This document shows positions 7,803 through 16,190 of a stretch of 40,380 bases of DNA, in pieces. Numbering within the stretch: position 1 is the first letter of the stretch; each line of letters opens with the position of its first letter. The translations under genes were made by a program, and so were the position numbers. The notes beneath the pieces are model-generated. The model saw nothing but the letters and a program-made list of their open reading frames with translations. It was not told the origin of the DNA and ran no database searches. The stretch is from contig JANWIB010000008.1 of the NCBI GenBank assembly GCA_025450155.1, positions 1-40,380 on the forward strand, read 5' to 3'. The stretch is from Sphingobacteriaceae bacterium (GTDB lineage Bacteria; Bacteroidota; Bacteroidia; Sphingobacteriales; Sphingobacteriaceae).

Positions 7803-9860
7803 ATGTCAGACCTACGTACCGAGAAAGAATTTAAACCGTATGTTCCTGCCGAGAGTAGAGTTGCCGAATTTACGGTTAAATCTATTTTATTGGGCGCATT
7901 TTTTGGAGTAGTATTTGGTGCTGCTACCGTATATCTTGCCCTTAAGGCCGGATTAACTGTTTCTGCCTCTATTCCGGTAGCTGTAATGGCCATATCTATT
8001 GGCCGAAAGCTATTTAAAACCACCATTTTAGAGAACAACATTATCCAAACCGCTGGTTCGGCCGGCGAATCTATAGCTGCGGGTGTGGTATTTACACTTC
8101 CCGGCTTTCTGTTCCTTTCATCAGGAAGTCAGGGCGAAAGCTTTTTTTCTTACTGGCCCATCTTTTTCCTGGCTGCATTAGGCGGCATACTTGGAACCTT
8201 AATGATGGTACCCTTACGTCGATCGTTAATTGTTGATGAACATGGTACGCTTCCTTATCCTGAAGGGACGGCATGTGCTTCGGTACTTATTGCCGGAGAA
8301 AAAGGTGGCGATTTTGCCAAAACTGCTTATTGGGGATTGGGTTTTGCTTTTCTCTACGCCATACTGCAAAAGGTAGTTCACCTGGTTGCCGAAACGCCTG
8401 CCTGGGTAACCAAACAAACTAACAAATATTTTCCCTCAGCTACGATTAATGGCGAAATTACCCCTGAATATTTAGGTGTTGGTTATATTATAGGCCCTAA
8501 AATTGCTGGTGTATTGGTTGCCGGTGGTGTGCTTGCCTGGATGGGTTTAATTCCCTTATTGGCTACGCTCGTTCCGGCTGAAACGATAGCTACACAATTA
8601 GTAAAGTTAGGCTATTTGGGTAGCCTTTCTACCCCCGGAGGCGCAGGTGGCTGGGATCCTATCGCTAAAACCTTTGCAGACTATCCTACGGCAATATACC
8701 GGGCTTATGTTCGGCAAATTGGTGCCGGAGCTGTAGCGGCTGGAGGATTTATTACCCTGCTAAAAACCATTCCAACCATTGTATCCTCGTTTAAATCCAG
8801 CTTATCTTCTATAGGTTCTAAAGGTGAAAAAGTGCTTGCAAAACGGACAGAAGATGATTTATCTTTTAAAACCGTAATTTTTGGAAGTATTGCTTTAGTG
8901 GCATTGGTGGTTGCACTGCCCCAAATTCCGGGAGATTCTCTATTAAATAAATTGATTATCGGTATTCTGGTAGTAGTATTCGGCTTCTTTTTCGTGACGG
9001 TATCCAGTCGTATTGTGGGGTTAATCGGGTCGTCATCCAATCCCATCTCCGGAATGACCATCGCTACTTTAATGGGAACCTGTTTGGTTTTTATAACCGT
9101 GGGATGGACAGGCAAATTATATGAACCGATGGCACTCGTAGTTGGTGGCATGATTTGTATTGCTGCGGCAAATGCTGGCGCCACATCACAAGATTTAAAA
9201 ACCGGGTATATTGTTGGCGCTACACCCAAATATCAACAGCTGGCTTTATTTGTAGGGGCCGTTGTATCAGCTGTAGTAATTGGGTTAACGCTATCTATTT
9301 TGGATCGTCCTACCCCTGCATTACAGGCTCAGGGTATTGTACATGCTATTGGAACCGACCTTTACCCAGCTCCGCAAGGAACCTTAATGGCCACTTTAAT
9401 TAAAGGATTGTTGTCTTTTAATCTTGACTGGCAATTTGTTTTGGTTGGCGTATTTTTAGCCGTTACTATGGAACTCTGTGGCGTTAAATCGTTGTCATTC
9501 GCGGTAGGAGCCTATCTTCCATTATCTACTACCTTGCCAATTTTTGCAGGTGGTGCTATTAAGGGGCTGGTTGATTATCGTGCTAAAAAAAGAAATGAGT
9601 ATGTTGAAGATGATGAACTAGGCAAAGGATCACTTTTTGCGACTGGCCTTGTTGCCGGGGGAGCATTAATGGGTGTTATTTATGCCTTTTTAATGGCTTT
9701 TGATTCTTCGGCGTCGCAGGTAGCAAAATTAAATATAGAAGAAAGCCTTGTAAAAGGGTTAGGAGAAGGAGGTTACCAGTTATTAGGCTTTATTTTCTTT
9801 GTAATTATGGGTCTTGTACTCTATAAAATTGCTGCTTCAAAAAGAAAACAAACGCTGTAA
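7803..9860 (+). CDS. OPT-family oligopeptide transporter
   Basis: The 685 aa protein is polytopic, with a glycine-rich TM pattern and an N-terminus (EFKPYVPAESRVAEFTVKSILLGAFFGVVFGAATVYLALKAGLT) typical of bacterial OPT proteins. Confidence 0.9.
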   Translation: MSDLRTEKEFKPYVPAESRVAEFTVKSILLGAFFGVVFGAATVYLALKAGLTVSASIPVAVMAISIGRKLFKTTILENNIIQTAGSAGESIAAGVVFTLPGFLFLSSGSQGESFFSYWPIFFLAALGGILGTLMMVPLRRSLIVDEHGTLPYPEGTACASVLIAGEKGGDFAKTAYWGLGFAFLYAILQKVVHLVAETPAWVTKQTNKYFPSATINGEITPEYLGVGYIIGPKIAGVLVAGGVLAWMGLIPLLATLVPAETIATQLVKLGYLGSLSTPGGAGGWDPIAKTFADYPTAIYRAYVRQIGAGAVAAGGFITLLKTIPTIVSSFKSSLSSIGSKGEKVLAKRTEDDLSFKTVIFGSIALVALVVALPQIPGDSLLNKLIIGILVVVFGFFFVTVSSRIVGLIGSSSNPISGMTIATLMGTCLVFITVGWTGKLYEPMALVVGGMICIAAANAGATSQDLKTGYIVGATPKYQQLALFVGAVVSAVVIGLTLSILDRPTPALQAQGIVHAIGTDLYPAPQGTLMATLIKGLLSFNLDWQFVLVGVFLAVTMELCGVKSLSFAVGAYLPLSTTLPIFAGGAIKGLVDYRAKKRNEYVEDDELGKGSLFATGLVAGGALMGVIYAFLMAFDSSASQVAKLNIEESLVKGLGEGGYQLLGFIFFVIMGLVLYKIAASKRKQTL

Positions 9861-9862
9861 TT

Positions 9863-9894
9863 AAAAAGCTTGGGCCGTATGCTTGAGCTTTTTC
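9863..9894 (+). terminator. Rho-independent terminator after the OPT gene
   Basis: AGCTTGGG-ccgtatg-CTTGAGCT stem (5 Watson-Crick and 3 G-U pairs) followed by TTTTT, 3 nt after the stop. Confidence 0.5.
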
Positions 9895-10025
9895 TACTTT
9901 TCTTTTCTATTATAACTTTCATAGCTTTTCGTTTCGCTCATAATTATTAACTCAGCTAGCTTGAAACAATTATTCTATTTTCAACATTACCGATTGCATA
10001 CAAAGTATTATTATTTTAGCGCTTA

Positions 10026-11171
10026 ATGATTCAATTTACATCTAAATTACCTCACATCGGCCCGAGTATATTTTCAATCATGTCACAGCTGGCACATGAA
10101 CATCAAGCCATTAATTTATCTCAGGGTTTTCCAGATTATAGCTGTTCGCCAAAATTGATTGAGCTTGTTAATCACTACATGCAGGCTGGGCATAATCAAT
10201 ATGCACCTGTGGCCGGTATACCTAAATTAAGAGAGCGGATTGCAGAAAAAGTTAGTCATCTGCATGGAGCAAATTATAATCCCGATACCGAAGTTACGGT
10301 TACAGCAGGTGGTACACAGGCTATATTTACGGCGCTTGCATCTGTTATTAATGCAAATGATGAGGTTATTATTTTCGAACCGGCTTACGATTGTTATGCC
10401 CCAATAATAAAAGCTTTTGGCGGAGTGGTGAAATCATTAGAGCTTATACCTCCGCTTTATAAAATTGATTGGGAAATGGTGAAGCGATTGGTAAACGTTC
10501 GAACCAAAATGATTATCATCAACTCTCCACAAAATCCAACAGGAACTACGTTGACAGAGGAAGATATCCAGGCACTAATAACTATTACTAAAGAAACTGA
10601 TATACTGATTTTAAGTGATGAAGTTTATGAGCACCTGATTTTTGATGGTAAACAACACTTAAGTATGGCTCGTTTTCCCGAATTACGCGAACGAAGTTTT
10701 ATATGTGCTTCGTTTGGTAAACTATTTCATAACACGGGTTGGAAAATGGGTTATTGCCTTGCTCCGGAAATGTTCATGAAAGAATTCAGAAAAATACATC
10801 AATTCCTTGTTTTTAGTGTCAACACGCCTATACAATACGCCATTGCTGATTTTCTTGCCGATAAAGATTACTATTTAGGATTGAATACTTTTTTTCAGGA
10901 AAAACGGGATTATTTTGCCAAACTTATGGCTCAAACCCGGTTTCAGCTTTTACCCTGCAACGGTTCTTATTTTCAAACAGCCATTTATTCTAAAATAAGC
11001 CAGGAAAAGGATATTGATTTTTGTAAACGACTAACCATAGAACATGGGGTGGCCACCATCCCTGTTTCTGCTTTTTATGCTAAAAACACTGATTTTGGAG
11101 TTATACGGCTTTGTTTTGCCAAACAAAACGAAACATTAGACCGGGCCGTAGAAAGACTAATTAAAGTTTAA
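10026..11171 (+). CDS. PLP-dependent aminotransferase class I, YbdL / glutamine transaminase K-like
   Basis: Contains NLSQGFPD, QYAPVAGIP, NSPQNPTG and SFGKLFHNTGWKMGY (PLP lysine motif). Length is 381 aa. Confidence 0.85.
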   Translation: MIQFTSKLPHIGPSIFSIMSQLAHEHQAINLSQGFPDYSCSPKLIELVNHYMQAGHNQYAPVAGIPKLRERIAEKVSHLHGANYNPDTEVTVTAGGTQAIFTALASVINANDEVIIFEPAYDCYAPIIKAFGGVVKSLELIPPLYKIDWEMVKRLVNVRTKMIIINSPQNPTGTTLTEEDIQALITITKETDILILSDEVYEHLIFDGKQHLSMARFPELRERSFICASFGKLFHNTGWKMGYCLAPEMFMKEFRKIHQFLVFSVNTPIQYAIADFLADKDYYLGLNTFFQEKRDYFAKLMAQTRFQLLPCNGSYFQTAIYSKISQEKDIDFCKRLTIEHGVATIPVSAFYAKNTDFGVIRLCFAKQNETLDRAVERLIKV

Positions 11172-11205
11172 GTAGTAAATTGATTTTCGAAACCCTCAAA
11201 TACAT

Positions 11206-11985
11206 ATGGATTCATTAAAGATTACCATCTTTCAGGCCTACTTGTTTTGGGAGAAAATTGATAAGAATCTTCAGAATTTAGGGGTAAAATTATCTGCTAT
11301 AAGGGAGAAAACCGACCTGATAATTCTACCCGAAATGTTTAACACTGGTTTTACCATGAATGCCGATACACTGGCAGAAGAAATGGAAGGCAAAACCATG
11401 CGCTGGATGCACGAGCAGGCTAAACGGTTTGAATGTGTAATTACCGGAAGTCTGGCTATTCGGGAAAATGGGAAATACTTTAACCGGTTGATATGGATGC
11501 GGCCAGATGGTTCGTATGAACAATACGATAAGCGCCATCTATTTAGCCTGGGTAAAGAGGATACGGTTTATACAGCCGGGGAGAAAAAGTTGATTGTAAC
11601 GCTTAAGGATTGGAAAATTTGCCCCGTAATATGTTATGACCTTCGTTTTCCGGTATGGCTCAGAAATAAGAATTCAGAATACGATTTGCTATTAATTGTG
11701 GCCAATTGGCCAGAGCGTAGGGCGCATCATTGGAGAACACTTATTCCTGCCCGTGCTATAGAAAACCAGGCTTATGCTATTGGAGTAAACCGGGTTGGAC
11801 ATGATGGAGATGAGGTTTTTCATTCCGGAGATTCGATGTGCATGGACCCAAGCGGTAAAACCGTTTATTACAAACCCAACGATGAAGATTTGTACACCTT
11901 TACCATCTATACAGATGAACTCACTAAAATCAGGAGAGCCTTTCCATTTTTAAAAGATGCAGATGATTTTCAAATGGAATGTTAA
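11206..11985 (+). CDS. Carbon-nitrogen hydrolase, omega-amidase (YafV/Nit2-like)
   Basis: The nitrilase-superfamily E-K-C triad context is present: LPEMF, KRHLF, ICYDLRFP. Length is 259 aa. Confidence 0.85.
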   Translation: MDSLKITIFQAYLFWEKIDKNLQNLGVKLSAIREKTDLIILPEMFNTGFTMNADTLAEEMEGKTMRWMHEQAKRFECVITGSLAIRENGKYFNRLIWMRPDGSYEQYDKRHLFSLGKEDTVYTAGEKKLIVTLKDWKICPVICYDLRFPVWLRNKNSEYDLLLIVANWPERRAHHWRTLIPARAIENQAYAIGVNRVGHDGDEVFHSGDSMCMDPSGKTVYYKPNDEDLYTFTIYTDELTKIRRAFPFLKDADDFQMEC

Positions 11986-11998
11986 TTTATTACACACG

Positions 11999-12310
11999 AT
12001 GAGTCATTTTAGAGCATATTTATTTGGCATTATCACCTTGGGAGTAAGCTTATTTACTTATCTTAACCAGAGCATGATAGGTTTGCCAGATGGATACCGA
12101 TCCGAATATGATCGGGCATCAGAGCCCTTATTTTCCATTTTCATATATCTCAGTCTGGCTTTTAGTTTCTATTTTTTCTATATCGGATATAGAAAAAATT
12201 TGAGCAGAAACCTACTTTTTACTATTGTTGCCTATCTTATTGTTGTATTGATTGTCTTTTTTGTCTCCAATCACCTATACAACACACTCGATAATGGACA
12301 GGGTGGTTAA
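11999..12310 (+). CDS. Small membrane protein, hypothetical
   Basis: The track ORF begins inside the previous gene. The in-frame ATG at 11999 (MSHFRAYLFGIITLGV...) gives 103 aa with three hydrophobic helices. Confidence 0.5.
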   Translation: MSHFRAYLFGIITLGVSLFTYLNQSMIGLPDGYRSEYDRASEPLFSIFIYLSLAFSFYFFYIGYRKNLSRNLLFTIVAYLIVVLIVFFVSNHLYNTLDNGQGG

Positions 12311-12326
12311 AAGTTAAGTCATGATT

Positions 12327-14894
12327 TTAAGCCAAATTTCTTCCGGCATTTACAATTCCATAAACCGTTCGAATAACTAATTTCCGGTAAATGTTTTCTT
12401 CTTCGGTATTAACTTTTCCCGTAAGCAGTTGCTGCAGGGCATAATGCTGAATAATCACTAAAGGCAATACAATCCGTTCCCGCATGGCAATGGACCGGCG
12501 TTCCACAGGATATTGCTCCATTAAAGAGCTGGTTTCGGTAAGCTCTAAAATTAATTCCCTGGTCAATTCAAACTCCGCTCGCAGTTTTTTCCAAAAATCG
12601 CCATATACCTTATCATTTTGGAGATAGTCGGTAATTCGAAAATCGGATTTGGACATAGACATCATGCAGTTATCTATCGTAGTTTTAAACTGGCCGGAAG
12701 TGCTGTACAGATTTTTTACGGCAAGCCAGTCTCCACTTTCTTTAACAGATTTTAAGGCAGATCCTACCCCGTAAAATCCTGGAATGTTTTGTTTTAGCTG
12801 GCTCCATGCGGTTACAAAGCTAATAGCTCGAAGATCCTCTAATTTTAATTCGGCGCTTGCATTCCGTTTAACTGGACGACTACTAATATTGATATCGGAC
12901 AGGAGCTTTAAGGGGCTAAACTGTTCCAGGTATTTTAAAAATAAAGGATCCTCACGAAGTGACACAAACGCCTTATGGCTTATCTGAGCCATTTTTTCGA
13001 TCAGATTTTTTTGCGCTTCACTGAGTGTATCCTGATCGTTTTGGGCTAAGGCAGATGTTAATCCGGCATTAATTAGTTGCTCGATATTATAATAAGCCGT
13101 ATCAAACGAACCATATTGGCTGCTGATGGTTTGTCCTTGTATGGTTAATTGAATGTGATCGTTGGCAATCTCTTTTCCCATCGAAGAATAAAAACGATGA
13201 GTTTTTCCACCTCCACGTGCGGGAGGACCTCCCCGGCCGTCGAAAAAAGCAAGGTCTATCTCATAATGCCGGGCAATGGCGGTCAGCTCTACTTTTGCTT
13301 TATAGATGGACCAATTGGCCATCAGGTATCCGCCGTCTTTAGTACTGTCAGAAAAGCCAAGCATAATGATTTGCCTCTTTCCTCTTCTCTTAAGGTGTTC
13401 TTTATAAAAAGGATGCGTATACAGACTTTTCATTACCCCTGCGGCGGTTTCAAGATCGTGCACGGTTTCAAACAAAGGAACAAAATCAACACTTAACTCG
13501 TCTTTTTTCCATCCACTCCATAAAAAAAGATTCATGAGTTGGAGAATATCTGATGCTTGCTGGCAATTACTAATGATAAAACGATGAGAAGCCTTTTCGC
13601 CTCCCGAAAGTTGCATATTCTGCATCAATCGAATGGTTTGCAAGGTATCTTGGGTTAGGGGATCGGTATCTCCTATTTCAAAATCTGTTTCCTCAAAGGT
13701 TAAAGCGGCAAGTTTTTCAGCTTCCGAAAGGGTATCATAATTTTCAGGAAGTTTTGAAGGCAGTGCCTGACGGCAAAAACGATGCGCATTACGTAAAACC
13801 CTGCTGTCTTGCCGAATATCCAACGAAGCGAAATAACAACCAAAAAGCCGTACTTTTCGGATAAGATCATCCACCTTATTGGCAAATAAGCCGTTGTGTA
13901 TATCCGTCAAGACTTCTTTTATAGCCTGCAGGTTTTCTATAATTTCCTGCTGCTGATTGATGGGATTGGTATGCGAATTAAAGCTATTTTTATATAAAAT
14001 ATCCTGCAGTTTCTGCATATGCCCTTCAACACCTCTAAAGGTAATCCGTCGTTTCAGGACTCTGAAATCACGGTAATAGCACCTAAAAAGTATTTCACGA
14101 AGCAAGGCAGAGACTGCTCGGGTACTTTCTGCCGTTACATTCGGATTCCCATCCCGATCGCCGCCAGGCCAAAATCCGAGTTCAATTAATTGATGGGTGT
14201 TGAAAATGGGTAATTCAAATTCGTCTTCTATCTCATTTTGTAAGTTGGCTGCTACGGGATAAAAAACATTTTCCAGAAACCATGCTAAACTTATGGCTTC
14301 GTCTACAGGAGTTGGCTTCTTCTTATTAAAAAATGGGGTTTTTCCCAATTGCTGCATTAACAGGTTAATACTGCTAATATCGTTTGTTTTTAAAGCATCG
14401 GTCAGGTCGGTGATAATGGCTAATACTGAACTGGGATAAAATTGTGTGGGATGAGCTGTCAAAACCAAACGCAAAGAAAATTTTTTCAGAACTTCGCCGA
14501 TCTTATCTTTTAAGCCTGCATTGGCCGAAATTTGCTGAAGCAAGGTTTTTATTGAACTGATTTCTTCTGTTTTACTTGTTTTATTAAATGCAGCATCTTC
14601 AATAGCATCGAATAAAACTACCTGACGTTCAATGTATTGAATAAAACGAAATAACAAATCGAAGCGATCTGCGGTCTGCACGTATTGTTCGTACTGTCCA
14701 AAAAAGCTTTCAATGATGTTAACAGGAGTTAATCCCTGCTTAACACTGTTTTCACAATGCGAAGTAAAGAAAGGTAATAAAGTACCTGTATGTTTTACCT
14801 GGTAAAATGGCAGCGTGAGAAATAAACTGTTATAAAGCTCAAATCTGGTAACAACTTCGCTGTTAAATGCAGCTTCTTTTTGGCTTAATTTCAT
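12327..14894 (-). CDS. ppc: Phosphoenolpyruvate carboxylase
   Basis: Motifs VLTAHPTQF, GFSDSTKDGG and FDGRGGPPARGGG. The track ORF starts at a TTG (14927). The first ATG (MKLSQKEAAF...) is at 14894, so the true start is uncertain. Confidence 0.95.
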   Translation of the reverse strand: MKLSQKEAAFNSEVVTRFELYNSLFLTLPFYQVKHTGTLLPFFTSHCENSVKQGLTPVNIIESFFGQYEQYVQTADRFDLLFRFIQYIERQVVLFDAIEDAAFNKTSKTEEISSIKTLLQQISANAGLKDKIGEVLKKFSLRLVLTAHPTQFYPSSVLAIITDLTDALKTNDISSINLLMQQLGKTPFFNKKKPTPVDEAISLAWFLENVFYPVAANLQNEIEDEFELPIFNTHQLIELGFWPGGDRDGNPNVTAESTRAVSALLREILFRCYYRDFRVLKRRITFRGVEGHMQKLQDILYKNSFNSHTNPINQQQEIIENLQAIKEVLTDIHNGLFANKVDDLIRKVRLFGCYFASLDIRQDSRVLRNAHRFCRQALPSKLPENYDTLSEAEKLAALTFEETDFEIGDTDPLTQDTLQTIRLMQNMQLSGGEKASHRFIISNCQQASDILQLMNLFLWSGWKKDELSVDFVPLFETVHDLETAAGVMKSLYTHPFYKEHLKRRGKRQIIMLGFSDSTKDGGYLMANWSIYKAKVELTAIARHYEIDLAFFDGRGGPPARGGGKTHRFYSSMGKEIANDHIQLTIQGQTISSQYGSFDTAYYNIEQLINAGLTSALAQNDQDTLSEAQKNLIEKMAQISHKAFVSLREDPLFLKYLEQFSPLKLLSDINISSRPVKRNASAELKLEDLRAISFVTAWSQLKQNIPGFYGVGSALKSVKESGDWLAVKNLYSTSGQFKTTIDNCMMSMSKSDFRITDYLQNDKVYGDFWKKLRAEFELTRELILELTETSSLMEQYPVERRSIAMRERIVLPLVIIQHYALQQLLTGKVNTEEENIYRKLVIRTVYGIVNAGRNLA

Positions 14895-14990
14895 TAAATG
14901 AGAATTGCGGCTATATGCCGACGACAAAATTACTATCTTTCAGTGTCTGTGCAAGAAATTCTCATATAAAATTAGAGGTAAAATAGTTTC

Positions 14991-14998
14991 CAAACTTA
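14991..14998 (-). promoter_or_regulatory. Candidate Bacteroidota -7 box (TAAGTTTG = TAnnTTTG) for ppc
   Basis: CAAACTTA on the plus strand matches TAnnTTTG on the minus strand, 64 nt upstream of the TTG and 97 nt upstream of the ATG. Confidence 0.35.
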
Positions 14999-15105
14999 GA
15001 CTTATGATAGTAAAAGATAGTTTTTTATACAAAAAACCAAAACAGTATAAGAATAACCTCAACGATTGAATTGTCAACTTTATCTGCAATCAATAAGATG
15101 ATAAA

Positions 15106-15133
15106 TTAGCGGATAATTTGAATTATTCGCTAA
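15106..15133. promoter_or_regulatory. Near-perfect inverted repeat TTAGCGGATAAT-ttga-ATTATTCGCTAA
   Basis: 11 of 12 arm positions are complementary. It is intergenic. Confidence 0.4.
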
Positions 15134-15171
15134 CAAAGAATGTTCTTTAATAAAACGATGAGTAAAGACAT

Positions 15172-15206
15172 AAAAAAAGCCTGCATCATATGATACAGGC
15201 TTTTTT
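15172..15206. terminator. Bidirectional rho-independent terminator
   Basis: AAAAAAA-GCCTGCATCA-ta-TGATACAGGC-TTTTTT. The A-run and T-run flank a hairpin 13 nt downstream of the minus-strand ORF stop (15219). Confidence 0.6.
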
Positions 15207-15218
15207 GTATAAAACTTA

Positions 15219-15506
15219 TTAATTCAAAATCGACTTTTCAGTGTTTTTTTCAACAAAATCCAACTCAAAAACAGCAAGTTGGTTGATCAGATTATAATGC
15301 AGGGTGCCAAAAAAATTTATTATTTCATTAGTACTTTTTTTTCCCTGAATACAAATCTTCTCTTTTAAGATTTCTTTATTTAGAAATTTATTATCTGCCA
15401 GAATAGCTTCTTCATCCTTGATGATTATATCAGAATGATCTATTGAAAATTGCTTTAAAATCTCATTGAAGCTTATTCCATTTAATAACAGTTCCTTTAG
15501 TTTCAT
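15219..15506 (-). CDS. Orphan hypothetical protein (95 aa from MKLKELLLNG...)
   Basis: The ORF sits in a very AT-rich stretch with no recognisable motif. The upstream part of the track ORF (to 15572) is a hydrophobic read-through that is unlikely to be coding. Confidence 0.4.
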   Translation of the reverse strand: MKLKELLLNGISFNEILKQFSIDHSDIIIKDEEAILADNKFLNKEILKEKICIQGKKSTNEIINFFGTLHYNLINQLAVFELDFVEKNTEKSILN

Positions 15507-15837
15507 AGAAATAGTTTTATGATTGAGTGGTATGCTTACTAAGCAAATCTTAAGCCAAATGAGTATGACCAATTAGGAAATATAGTTTAATGAGGGTAAA
15601 TCAATTATAAAAATTATTAGGGGGATAATACACATTTTTAAAACTGTACTTTTAAACTATTTTTGTGTGCAGAGTTTAGTTCACTATGTATTAAAAAATA
15701 GAAAAAAGCATAATTGAACGAAACTATTAATAACAAAAGTATTAGCTAATTTTCATTAAAAAAACCAATAGACTCGCCATTCTGCTATTAAAACCTAATA
15801 CTATCTTTATTTCCTTTTATTCACTTAAATCAGCAAA

Positions 15838-16137
15838 ATGTACTCAGTAGTTTGGAACTATAAAATCAAATCGTCTTATATCGAAAAATTTGAACAAGAA
15901 TATGGATCGAACGGAACCTGGAGTAGATTATTTAAAAAGTCGCCTCATTATAAAGGATCCTTTCTTCATAAAAGCGATGAAGAAACGAATGCTTATTTAC
16001 TAATTGACGTATGGGATAGTAAATCCTCATACGAAGATTTTAAAAAAGAACACGCAGCTATTTACCAGGAGTTGGGATTAAAATTCGAAGAATTTCATGA
16101 AAAGGAAGAAAAAATTGGATCATATAACTCACTTTAA
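15838..16137 (+). CDS. ABM-like (dimeric alpha/beta barrel) small protein
   Basis: The 99 aa protein follows the pattern Y-x-V-x-W-x-Y-x-I...F...GSFLHKS...AYLLIDVWDSKSSYEDF, typical of antibiotic-biosynthesis-monooxygenase-like domains. This is a by-eye call. Confidence 0.5.
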   Translation: MYSVVWNYKIKSSYIEKFEQEYGSNGTWSRLFKKSPHYKGSFLHKSDEETNAYLLIDVWDSKSSYEDFKKEHAAIYQELGLKFEEFHEKEEKIGSYNSL

Positions 16138-16190
16138 GTAAGAATATTATATGATTCTATCTATAGAGAAAGATAAGAAACTAAAACCGT

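Noticed and set aside
8705-9229. 174-aa minus-strand ORF antisense to the OPT transporter, plus the similar antisense ORFs at 7781-8041, 8092-8274 and 8226-8417
   Set aside because: These lie entirely inside a well-supported 685-aa transporter gene. The translations are low-complexity and P/T/A-rich, as expected from reading a Gly/Ala/Val-rich gene backwards. There is no independent start context.
13149-13496. 115-aa plus-strand ORF antisense to ppc, plus those at 12784-12987 and 13700-13885
   Set aside because: These are shadow ORFs inside the conserved PEP carboxylase coding sequence.
15158-15193. 11-codon mini-ORF (MSKDIKKACII) ending inside the bidirectional terminator hairpin
   Set aside because: It is too short, has no evident ribosome-binding context, and its stop falls in the terminator loop by chance. 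No attenuator-like alternative structure is visible.
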